This document shows, piece after piece, positions 46,055 through 54,700 of a DNA stretch of 62,961 nt. A program made the position numbers and the translations under genes. Source of the DNA: a virus (lineage: Duplodnaviria > Caudoviricetes); the IMG/VR virus record IMGVR_UViG_3300048592_000259, positions 1-62,961 of that record. One strand, given 5' to 3'. Each line of letters begins with the position of its first letter. The stretch's first letter is position 1. The notes beneath the pieces are model-generated. The model was given only the letters and a program-made list of their open reading frames with translations, made no database searches and had not been told where the DNA came from.

Positions 46055-46521
46055 TGGCCGCTGTTAATCTGGTGATCCTGCTGGGGAATCTCGGCGCCGA
46101 CCCCGAGGTCCGCTACATGCCGAACGGCGAGGCGACATGCTCGTTCCGCATGGCGACGACGGAGAAGTGGAAGGACAAGAGCGGCGAGCAGAAGGAGCGG
46201 ACCGAGTGGCATCGCGTCGTGCTGTTCGGTCGCACGGCCGAGGTCGCCGGGGAGTACTTGAAGAAGGGGCGCTCGGTCTACATCGAAGGGCGCAACCAGA
46301 CGCGCGAGTACGAGAAGGACGGCGTGAAGCAGTACATCCACGAGGTCGTCGCCACGCGCATGCAGATGATCGGCGACGGCGGCGATCGCCGCGATGGCGC
46401 GCCGGCCCGCAGCCAGAGCGGAGGCGACTACCGCGCAGCCCGCGACGGATCGAAGGCGCCCGCGGCGGGCGGCACGACGCGCAAGTCGGGCGCCGACTTC
46501 GACGACGACATCCCATTCTAG
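46054..46521 (+). CDS. ssb: Single-stranded DNA-binding protein, 155 aa
   Basis: [38 protein letters not shown]-terminal DFDDDIPF. Confidence 0.96.
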   Translation: MAAVNLVILLGNLGADPEVRYMPNGEATCSFRMATTEKWKDKSGEQKERTEWHRVVLFGRTAEVAGEYLKKGRSVYIEGRNQTREYEKDGVKQYIHEVVATRMQMIGDGGDRRDGAPARSQSGGDYRAARDGSKAPAAGGTTRKSGADFDDDIPF

Positions 46522-46563
46522 GTATCAACCGGGGTTGACACGTCGGCCCCGGTTCGTCACCAT
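46522..46563 (+). promoter_or_regulatory. Operator GTATCAA-N6-TTGACAC overlapping a -35 TTGACA (weak -10 CACCAT)
   Basis: Same palindrome as at 28364 and 41582; also an AACCGGGG/CCCCGGTT hairpin. Confidence 0.6.
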
Positions 46564-46589
46564 TCCGATTCACCTGGGGAGGTCGGGCC

Positions 46590-47027
46590 ATGCTGCCCTA
46601 CGAAGGCGCTACCAGCGGCGAAAAAGCCGCCGCTGACATGCAGAAGATTCTGGCGAAGTTCGGCTGCACCCGGTTCGGGACGATGATGGACTACGCCGAC
46701 GGCTTCCTTCTGGTCCAGTTCGGCTATCGCGGGCGCGACGTGAGCCTCAAGGCGAGCGTGCACGGCTACGCCGCGGCGTGGCTGAAGGAGCATCCGTACA
46801 GCTATCGCTCGCGCGTCAGCAAGGCGGACCACGAGCAGAAGGCGAAGCAGGTCGCGGCGATCGCGGTCTACTCCATCCTGCGCGACTGGATCAAAGGCCA
46901 GATCACCGCGATCGAAACCGGCGTTCTGTCGTTCGAGGGCGCGTTCTTCGGCCAGATCATGCTTCCCAACGGCCGCACGGTCCTCGAAGAATGCGCGGCG
47001 ACCAACCTGCTTCCGGCGCCGAAGTGA
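46590..47027 (+). CDS. Conserved phage hypothetical protein, 145 aa
   Basis: SD GGGGAGG; ILRDWIKGQITAIETGVLSFEGAF. Confidence 0.75.
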   Translation: MLPYEGATSGEKAAADMQKILAKFGCTRFGTMMDYADGFLLVQFGYRGRDVSLKASVHGYAAAWLKEHPYSYRSRVSKADHEQKAKQVAAIAVYSILRDWIKGQITAIETGVLSFEGAFFGQIMLPNGRTVLEECAATNLLPAPK

Positions 47028-47290
47028 TGGCCGGCACGATCCACGGCGAGCCCGGCGCCGGCACCCTGACCGGCACGCGCATCCTCGGCATCATCGACTA
47101 CGCGCGTGCGCACGCCATCCACCCCGACGCCGACGGCAACTACTGGCTGTCGGTGAGCGCGCAGGCGTGGCACCGGCTGCGCGTCGCGGAAGCCCGCGCG
47201 GCGTGGCAGGCGCTTTACCGCGGCGTGCGCCTGGCGCGCAAGGCGGGCGCTCGCGTGCGCGTGCTGCTGGACGACCAGGAGGTCGCGTGA
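47027..47290 (+). CDS. 87-aa protein with a segment weakly resembling the major capsid protein
   Basis: TGATG and GTGA coupling; IIDYARAHAIHP...YWLSVSAQ versus MCP LIAYAKEHYVKP...YILFVHPQ. Confidence 0.6.
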   Translation: MAGTIHGEPGAGTLTGTRILGIIDYARAHAIHPDADGNYWLSVSAQAWHRLRVAEARAAWQALYRGVRLARKAGARVRVLLDDQEVA

Positions 47291-47817
47291 TAATCGCCGA
47301 GGCCCCTGACGGCCGGAAGGCGGTGTTCTCGGACGACCGCCACTACCGCTACCACCTGCACATCCCGATCGACCAGGGGTTGCTGGGTGGGTGCAACGGC
47401 GCGATCGCCTTCCTGATGCTGAACCCGTCGACGGCGACGGAGCTCGTCAACGACCCGACGATCGACCGGTGCTACGCGCGCGCGAAGGCGTGGCACTTCG
47501 CCGCGCTCCAGATCATCAACCTGTTCGCCCTGCGGTCGACGGACCCCGCCGCCCTGTACGCGCACGCCGCCGGCAAAGGGCCGGAGCCGACCGGCGGGCG
47601 GATGAACGACGAGGCGATCGTCAAGGTCGCGACCGGATGCCAGATGCTCGTCTGCGGCTGGGGCCGGCATGGCAGCTATCTCGGGCGCGCGGCCGGCGTA
47701 CTGTCGATGCTGCGCACGGCCGGCGCGAAGCCACACTACCTGCGCATCAACGACGACGGGACGCCGGCACACCCGCTGTACCTCCCCTACGAGCTTTCCC
47801 CCCTCCCCCTTTGGTGA
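47287..47817 (+). CDS. DUF1643-family protein, 176 aa
   Basis: YRYHL, FLMLNPSTA, DPTIDRC, NLFALRSTDP, CGWG, HPLY. Confidence 0.88.
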   Translation: MIIAEAPDGRKAVFSDDRHYRYHLHIPIDQGLLGGCNGAIAFLMLNPSTATELVNDPTIDRCYARAKAWHFAALQIINLFALRSTDPAALYAHAAGKGPEPTGGRMNDEAIVKVATGCQMLVCGWGRHGSYLGRAAGVLSMLRTAGAKPHYLRINDDGTPAHPLYLPYELSPLPLW

Positions 47818-47821
47818 CGAC

Positions 47822-48190
47822 ATGCTGGCTATCCCGGTAATCGAAGGCGAGCCGCCCGAGGAAACGACCGCGCGCGTGAAGGCGGCAATCGCCGCGTTCG
47901 ACGCCGCCGTCGACAAGATCATCGACGGGCTCGACCCGGCAGATGCGAGCGTCGTGCGGGCGCTCGTGGCGCGCGGCATGGCCGAACACATCCCCTCCTT
48001 CGACGCGCGACTCTGGCACTTGGAGGCGGCGTTCTCCATGCTGTTCTTCGCGGTGCAGCAGCTTCGCCCGGAGCGCGTCGAGGAATGGTCGAAGCGGAAT
48101 CAGCAGATCGCCGAAATGACGATGGCGATGACCACCGAAGCAATCAAACAGCACGGAGACAAATCACATGGCAGCAAAGCCGTTCATTGA
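47822..48190 (+). CDS. Hypothetical helical protein, 122 aa
   Basis: In operon, plausible codon use. Confidence 0.55.
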   Translation: MLAIPVIEGEPPEETTARVKAAIAAFDAAVDKIIDGLDPADASVVRALVARGMAEHIPSFDARLWHLEAAFSMLFFAVQQLRPERVEEWSKRNQQIAEMTMAMTTEAIKQHGDKSHGSKAVH

Positions 48191-48518
48191 CACGCTGCGC
48201 GCGCTGCGCGACGGCCAGACCGAGGACGACCTGGCGAACGAGTTGAACGCCCTGGTCGAGGCCGTCGCGACGACCGGGAAGAAGGGCACGCTGACGCTCA
48301 CCATCACCGTGCAGAAGATTTCCAAGAACAGCGAACAGCTGGTCCTGGTCGACGACGTGAAGACGAAGCTCCCGAAGGCCGACCGTGGCGCGTCGATCTT
48401 CTGGCCCACCCCCGAGAACAACCTGGTGCGCCACGATCCGCGCCAGGGCAAGCTCGAACTGAAGCGCGTGCCGGTGGTCGAGGAACCGCCGCGCGTCGCA
48501 GGAGACGGCAATGCCTGA
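48168..48518 (+). CDS. Conserved phage protein usually paired with DUF2303, 116 aa
   Basis: SD GGAG; LVEAVATTGKKGTLTLTITV...NLVRHDPRQ. Confidence 0.75.
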   Translation: MAAKPFIDTLRALRDGQTEDDLANELNALVEAVATTGKKGTLTLTITVQKISKNSEQLVLVDDVKTKLPKADRGASIFWPTPENNLVRHDPRQGKLELKRVPVVEEPPRVAGDGNA

Positions 48519-49305
48519 CGAAGTGAAGGTCGAACTGACCAAGCCCGGCAACGACAACCTGATCCCGTACCAGCGGGCGAACGGCGCGCCGTTCGTGGTC
48601 CGGCCGAACGACCACGCGGTCCAGGCGGTCGAACACCTGCTGCCGTCGCCGCACCGCCGCCGCGGTCACACGGCGATCGGCGACGTGGCGTCGCTCATCG
48701 CCGCGTGCAAGGCGCGGGACCCGAGCGGCGTGGCGCCGATCTACTGGACGCGCGACGGTGACATCGACATCGTGCTGAACGATGACGGGTGGCGCGACGA
48801 GCGCCTGGGCTTCGCCCTGGTGCCGACGCCGGAGTGGAAGCAATGGGCGGCGCTCGACGGCTTCTGGCACGGGCACGGGTCGATCCTGGAAGCGTTCGAG
48901 GATCGCCAACAGGACTTCCAGGACCCGTCGCCGGCCAAGATGCTCGAACTGCTGCGCGCCGTGAAGATCACCACGAACGGCCGCGTCGTGTCGGCGAAGT
49001 CGATCGACACGGGTTCGATCACGCTGGAGTACGAGGCGACGAACTCGGTCGCGCAGGGCACGACGTTCCCGGCCGACTTCAAGCTCGGGCTCCGGCTGTT
49101 CGAGGGCACGCCGCCCTACGAACTGGTGTGCCGGCTGCGCTACCGCACCATCGACTCGAAGCTCCAGCTGTCGGTGCGCATCGTGAACCGGCAACCGGTC
49201 GAGGAGGCTGTCGTGAAGGACATGATGACCGCGATCGCGACCGGCCTGCCGAACAACCCGCGCTACCGCGTGCGCGAGCTTCCCCGATCGGTCGCGGCGT
49301 TCTGA
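48511..49305 (+). CDS. DUF2303/YfdQ-family protein, 264 aa
   Basis: TPEWKQW, PSPAKMLE, FKLGLRLFEG, CRLRYR; paired with the preceding gene. Confidence 0.75.
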   Translation: MPDEVKVELTKPGNDNLIPYQRANGAPFVVRPNDHAVQAVEHLLPSPHRRRGHTAIGDVASLIAACKARDPSGVAPIYWTRDGDIDIVLNDDGWRDERLGFALVPTPEWKQWAALDGFWHGHGSILEAFEDRQQDFQDPSPAKMLELLRAVKITTNGRVVSAKSIDTGSITLEYEATNSVAQGTTFPADFKLGLRLFEGTPPYELVCRLRYRTIDSKLQLSVRIVNRQPVEEAVVKDMMTAIATGLPNNPRYRVRELPRSVAAF

Positions 49306-50450
49306 TGCAGGCCGACATCCGGGAGGGCGACGCGCTCGCCCGGCTACGCGAAATGCCGCATGGGTCCGTCCGCACCATCGTCACGTCGCCCCCGTATTGG
49401 GGGTTGCGGGACTATGGTGTGGCGGGCCAACTCGGCCTGGAGAAAACGCCCGGCGAGTTCATCGCGAACATGGTGGAGGTCTTCCGCGCTGCGCGCGATG
49501 TGCTTGCAGACGACGGCACGCTCTGGCTGAACATGGGCGACACCTACGCATCGACCGGGGGCGGTGGCGCGGCGCCCGGCGCAACGGCGCAGGTAGGGAA
49601 CACGCGCGCCGGGGCCGTCGGCGACCGCGCCCCACGCACGCCGCCGACGGGCCTCAAGCCGAAGGATCTGTGCATGATGCCGGCGCGCCTCGCGATCGCG
49701 CTCCAGGACGACGGCTGGTATCTCCGCCAGGACATCATCTGGAACAAGCCCAATCCAATGCCCGAGAGCGTCACCGATCGGTGCACGAAGGCCCACGAGT
49801 ACCTGTTCCTGCTGTCGAAGCGCGAGCGGTACTACTTCAACGCCGACGCCATCCGTGAGCCGATCGCCGAAGACACGATGGCGCGGTACGAGCGCGGGAG
49901 ATCCGACGACCACAAGTGGGCGGACGGCGGGCCGGGCGGGCAGACGATCGCCCGGAGCTTCGACCACATGAAGAAGCCGGTCGCCGGCTGGGCGAACGAC
50001 GGCGGATCCCACAGCGCGATCGACCACGCCCAGGAGCGCGATGGGCGCGACGGGAAGCTGCTGACGCCACCCACGCGCCGGTCGGGCAACAAGGAGCGCA
50101 AGCCGGCGAGCGTCCGCGGCGTGCCCGAGGGGAGCGGGAAGAACCAGGCCGGATCGGTGCCCTGGGAGGGCAGTACGCGCAACAAGCGATCGGTCTGGAC
50201 GATCCCGACCGAGGCGTACGCCGAGGCCCGCTTCGCGACGTTCCCGCGCGCGCTGGTGCGCCCGTGCATCCTGGCGGGGTCCGAGGTCGGCGACACGGTG
50301 CTGGACCCCTTCGGCGGCTCCGGAACGACGGTCGAGGTTGCCCTGGCGTTCGGCCGGCGCGGCGTGATGATCGAATTGAACCCGAAGTACGCCGAGCTCG
50401 CGCGGCGCCGGCTGTCCGGCGTGACGCTCGGGCTCGCCCTGGAGGCATGA
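49305..50450 (+). CDS. Solitary DNA methyltransferase (N4-C/N6-A, beta class), 381 aa
   Basis: Motif IV TSPPYWG, IIWNKPNPMPESV.DR, motif I VLDPFGGSGTT. Confidence 0.92.
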   Translation: MQADIREGDALARLREMPHGSVRTIVTSPPYWGLRDYGVAGQLGLEKTPGEFIANMVEVFRAARDVLADDGTLWLNMGDTYASTGGGGAAPGATAQVGNTRAGAVGDRAPRTPPTGLKPKDLCMMPARLAIALQDDGWYLRQDIIWNKPNPMPESVTDRCTKAHEYLFLLSKRERYYFNADAIREPIAEDTMARYERGRSDDHKWADGGPGGQTIARSFDHMKKPVAGWANDGGSHSAIDHAQERDGRDGKLLTPPTRRSGNKERKPASVRGVPEGSGKNQAGSVPWEGSTRNKRSVWTIPTEAYAEARFATFPRALVRPCILAGSEVGDTVLDPFGGSGTTVEVALAFGRRGVMIELNPKYAELARRRLSGVTLGLALEA

Positions 50451-50452
50451 CC

Positions 50453-50671
50453 ATGCGCGCACGCGCGATGCTCGAAGACCCGGAACGAGCGCCCCTCACG
50501 ATCAAGCTGACGGCGACGGTCGCGGAGTGGGTTGCCCTGCGCGGCGACATCCTGCGCTTGCGCGAGTCGTCGACGATTTCGCCGGGCGCGGACGACCTGC
50601 TGCGCCTCATCAACGAAGGCGTCGCGCTCGCGCGCCAAGCGTTCTATCCGAAGGAGCGGGACGATGGCTGA
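50453..50671 (+). CDS. Hypothetical protein, ~72 aa
   Basis: SD GGAGG; alternative start 50447. Confidence 0.6.
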   Translation: MRARAMLEDPERAPLTIKLTATVAEWVALRGDILRLRESSTISPGADDLLRLINEGVALARQAFYPKERDDG

Positions 50672-51149
50672 ACAAGAAGTAACGATCCCCTGGTGCCCGT
50701 TCTGCGCGGGCAAGCCGGAGGTCCTGAAGCTCCCCGGCGCGCGCGCCGTGTGCTGTACGTCGTGCGGCGCGCTCGGGCCGGCGGCGCACGAGAGCGACTT
50801 CCCCGGCCGGACCGAAGCGGAGGCCCTGAACCTGTGGAAGAAGCGCGGCGGCGTCGGCAACACGCGCATCGCCGCGGTGCAGGCCGGCGTCACGCCCGAC
50901 ACCTGCATCGTCGCCGAGAACTTGCAGAAGGCGATCGAGAAGGTCATGGCGAACGAGTACGGCAACGTCGACGTGTCGGTGCTGCTGCTTCTCGACACGA
51001 AGACGAAGCGGCTCGGCATCATCAAGCACCGCCTCGACGACCTGGGCTTCCAGCAGGTCCTTCAGGCGATCCTGTCGGGGCTGGTCGGGCCCGGCGGGCC
51101 ACTCGCGCCGCAGCGGCAGCACGGCGGGCTCATCATCCCAGGGAGGTAG
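50664..51149 (+). CDS. Lar-family restriction-alleviation Zn-ribbon protein with C-terminal extension, 161 aa
   Basis: SD AAGGAG; CPFCAG...CTSCGALGP...EALNLWKKR. Confidence 0.7.
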   Translation: MAEQEVTIPWCPFCAGKPEVLKLPGARAVCCTSCGALGPAAHESDFPGRTEAEALNLWKKRGGVGNTRIAAVQAGVTPDTCIVAENLQKAIEKVMANEYGNVDVSVLLLLDTKTKRLGIIKHRLDDLGFQQVLQAILSGLVGPGGPLAPQRQHGGLIIPGR

Positions 51150-51151
51150 TG

Positions 51152-51385
51152 ATGGCGCGTGTTCGAGTACTGCGACGGGTCCTGGACGAGATTGCGGCCC
51201 AAACCGCCGACGCGGCGGACATCGACCCGTCGTCGTTCGGCTACGGCTACGCCGAGGTCGACGACGCGCCGCGCGTCCAGGTCGACGGCGCGCTCACCCT
51301 CTCCCAACTGCTCGTCGTGGCCGCTGGCCTCGCGCGCGTCGTGGAGATCCAGCAGCAGGACCAACCCCAGGAGAAGACGCCATGA
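51152..51385 (+). CDS. Hypothetical protein, 77 aa
   Basis: SD GGGAGG; ATGA overlap with the next gene. Confidence 0.6.
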   Translation: MARVRVLRRVLDEIAAQTADAADIDPSSFGYGYAEVDDAPRVQVDGALTLSQLLVVAAGLARVVEIQQQDQPQEKTP

Positions 51386-51633
51386 AGGTCGTGATAGGCA
51401 GGGTCGTGCACGTCTGCGCAGCAACCATCCACCCGCAACGCGCGGACGAACCGATGGCGGCGATCGTCACGGCGGTCCGCAGCGGCTTCGCCACCGACAC
51501 GGCGAACGGTGACGCCTACGTCGATGTCACCGTTTTCCCGCCCGGCGAGCCGCCGGTCCCGCTGTCGAACGTGTGCCTGTCGGAGTACCGGCGCTCGGGG
51601 CTTTCGGCCTACCCCCCTCAGCACGCAGGCTGA
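51382..51633 (+). CDS. Hypothetical protein, 83 aa
   Basis: SD AGGAG; IGRVVHV...AAIVTAV...VDVTVFPPG pattern. Confidence 0.65.
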   Translation: MKVVIGRVVHVCAATIHPQRADEPMAAIVTAVRSGFATDTANGDAYVDVTVFPPGEPPVPLSNVCLSEYRRSGLSAYPPQHAG

Positions 51634-51742
51634 CGATCGCCGCGGGGACGTAGAACACGCCCCACAGCGCGATCGCGACCCACCCGATCGGCGTCGCCAG
51701 CAGCCCGACGACGCCGATCGCGGTCAGCAGGTACCACCCCAC
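51527..51742 (-). CDS. Possible small membrane protein downstream of the giant gene, 71 aa
   Basis: GTG 3 nt after the giant gene's stop; hydrophobic hairpin WYLLTAIGVVGLLATPIGWVAIALWGVFYV; tail overlaps the convergent gene. Confidence 0.45.
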   Translation of the reverse strand: MGWYLLTAIGVVGLLATPIGWVAIALWGVFYVPAAIVSLRAEGGRPKAPSAGTPTGTRSTAGPAARRAGKR

Positions 51743-51745
51743 GAT

Positions 51746-54700
51746 CTACTGCGCCAGGCGTTCGCGCAGGTCGTTGCGCATGCCGGCGGGCGCCGCCTTC
51801 ACGAAGCGTTCGCTGCGCGTGGTCTGCATTTCCTTCACGCGGCGCGCGATGTCGCTCGGGCGAATCTGGATCTTCGCTTCGGGGTTCTTCTCGTTCCAGT
51901 CGCGCAGCTGCGCGAGCGCGTCGTTCACCTTCGCCTTGTCCTTCTCGAAGATGCCGGTCGCCCAGCGGTCGGCCACTTCGCCCTGCACCGCGCGCACCAG
52001 GTTCGCGGTCTGCTGGCCTTCGCTGATGATGCGCGACTCGGCGGCCACCTTCGACGGGTTGAACCCCGTGGCGCGGGCGATCGCGTCGGTCGTGTCGGTC
52101 GCGATGACGCGCCGGCCGCGGCTGTCGAGCGCGTAGCCGCCCTGGATCATGTCGACGGCCTTCGCCGCGTCCTGGAGCGCCTTCGGCGCGAACTGGCGCG
52201 CCGCGGCGCCGAACTCGCCCGACTGCGCGCTCGTGACGGCATCCGCGACGCTGCGCGCGAGCCCGCCGGCCGGCCCCAGCACGTCCACGATGTCGCGGCC
52301 CTTGTCGACGTTCGACTTCTTCGCGAGGCCCGTGCCGGGGATCAGGTTGCCCATCCCCATGCGGCCCTGCACGTCGAGCGGGAAGCCGGGCATCGTCGAC
52401 GCGCCGTGCAGCACGAACGCGCCCAGGTCCTTCCCGAGGGTCGAGACGATGAACGCGCGCTTCTGCTCCTTCGTGTTCCAGTTGTACCCGAGGGACTGCG
52501 CGATCGTGTCGATCAGGTCGTCCAGGTCGTCCGAGAACGGGAGCCCGGAGATCCCGGACGCCAGCATCAGCAGGCCCAGCGCGTACGCGCGCTCGCGCGG
52601 GGGCAGGCGCTTCAGGAACTCCAGGTAGGCGATCGAGTACTGCTTGAACGTCATCACCGTCGCGCCGATCGGGCCGCGCGCCCAATTCGGCCGGTTCGCC
52701 TTGTTGTAGACGCCCTGCGTCTCCGCGATCGCGTTGACCGCGAAGTCGTAGGCGCTCTTGGCGCCGGCGTCGGCAAGCTGCTCGGCGTTCCAGTCCTTCG
52801 CCATCCCGAAGGCGGCGAGGAAGGTGGACCGGCGGTTGAACTGCTCGGCGACGGCGAACATCGACCCCCACACCTTGAGGCCCTTCCGGAGGTAGATGTT
52901 CGACCCGAGCCCGCGGATCGACTCGGCGTACAGCTGGTGGATTTCGTGCGGCGAGACGGTGCCCTCGCGCTCGGCGCGCGCGAGCGCCGCGGCCGTGGCG
53001 GGATCCGTCGGCCGCGTCACCGCCTCCTTCATGCCTCGCGCGAGCGCGCCCGCGGCCTTGGTCGCGCCGAACTGCGACAGGTAGGGCAGCGTCATCATGA
53101 ACGGCTGGGTCGTGTTCACGACCGCCGACGCGACCGACCCGCCGAGGTACTGGACGAACAGGAAGCCGCGCAGCGACGCCGCTTCCTCCTTCGGGTCCTG
53201 GAGGTAGGTGACGAGCTTGACCGCCTCGTCCTTCACGTCGCCCATGCGCTTCGGGATCGCCTCGACCGCATCGTTCATGTCGGCGTTGTTGAGGTTCCCC
53301 GACGCCGCGCGCGCGTTGCTCGTGATGAAGGCCGACAGCACGCGCTGGGCGTCCTGGTCGAAGCCGGCGATGCCCTGGCGTTGCAGCAGGCGCTTGAGCG
53401 CGCTGCGGTTGTTCAGGGCCATGCGGATGAACTCGTGGAACGCCTCGCGCTGGTCGGCGCCGGTCGCCTTCGCGAACAACTCCAGCGTGTCCGGCGTCAT
53501 CCCGCGGAACATCTTGTGGGCTTCCTTCGACAGCGTGCCCTGGGTGACTTGGGCGTTCGGGAACTCGGCGCGCAGCGACCGCGCCATTGCGTTCGCGTCC
53601 GCCTGGCGCTCGAACATGCCGAAGTAGACGCGGTTGTCGCCCTGCACCGCGTCGACGGTGTACTGGCCGAAGCGCATCAGCGGCGCGTAGCCCTCGCGGA
53701 TCAACTCGCGCACGCGGCCGTACCGGTTCAGGATCTCGCCGGCCGTCGCGGAAAGCTCCGCGCGCGCCGCCTCGGTCGTCGCGGCCTGCGACAGGCGGAT
53801 CAACTCGCCAGAGAGGGCCTGGGACGCGCCGTGGTGCGTCAGGAGCATGGCCTGGTCGATGAACGCCTTGTCGACCTTCCCGCGCGCCAGGCGAGCCATT
53901 TCCGACTGCGAGAGCGTTTCCAGCGACCGTTCGATCGCCGCGCGCGACTCCTGGTAGAGGCCGACCTGGCGCGGCGTCAGGTGGAAGCGATCGCGCAACT
54001 CGGCTTCGGTGTACTCGCGCTCGTCGATCAGCGTGCCGTGGAACAGCGGCACCGACACGGCGCGCACGTCCTTCGACGACGGGCCGATCTTGAGGACGCC
54101 CGAGAGCCCTTCGAGCTTCGGCAGGAGGTCCTTCGCCCGGTCGGCCGCGTCGTTCGCGATGCGCGACACGTCGTTGACGTACCGCTGCGCCTGGTCGTAG
54201 ACCCGCTTGAACTCGGGCACGACGGTCGCCTTGTGGAACTGCGTGCCGACGGTCTTGTGCCAGGGGTTGAAGACGCGCTGGGTCGTCAGGTGGTCCTGGA
54301 TGCGATCGGTGATCCTCGACACGGTGCCGCGGGACACCCCGAACGGCAGGCCGGGCTCGGCGACGATCCATTGCGGGTCAGCCTCGCCGACTTCCGGCTG
54401 GGCGGCATCGCCGGCCGTGTAGCGGCGCAGCGGTTCGGCCGCGACCGGCTTGGCCTCGTCGTCCGCTTCCTCCCCGCCCTCGGGCGCCGCGGCGGCGCCG
54501 TTGTCCTCCACCCCGATCCCGAGGGCCTTGTCGAGTTCGCGCTGGCGCTCCAGTAGCTCCTGGACCTTCGCGGCCTGCGGGTAGGGCTTCTCCGACTCGG
54601 CGCGCGCGACGGCCGCGTTGGCCGCGTTCTTCTCGGCCACGGCCGTCATCCGGGCCGCTTCCTCCGTCACGTCGCGCACCAGCCCTTCGAGGCGCTGGAT

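Noticed and set aside
50215-50250. MTase reads EARFATFP where homologues usually have HFATFP
   Set aside because: Single substitution; catalytic SPPY and SAM-binding motifs are intact, so there is not enough to call it inactive
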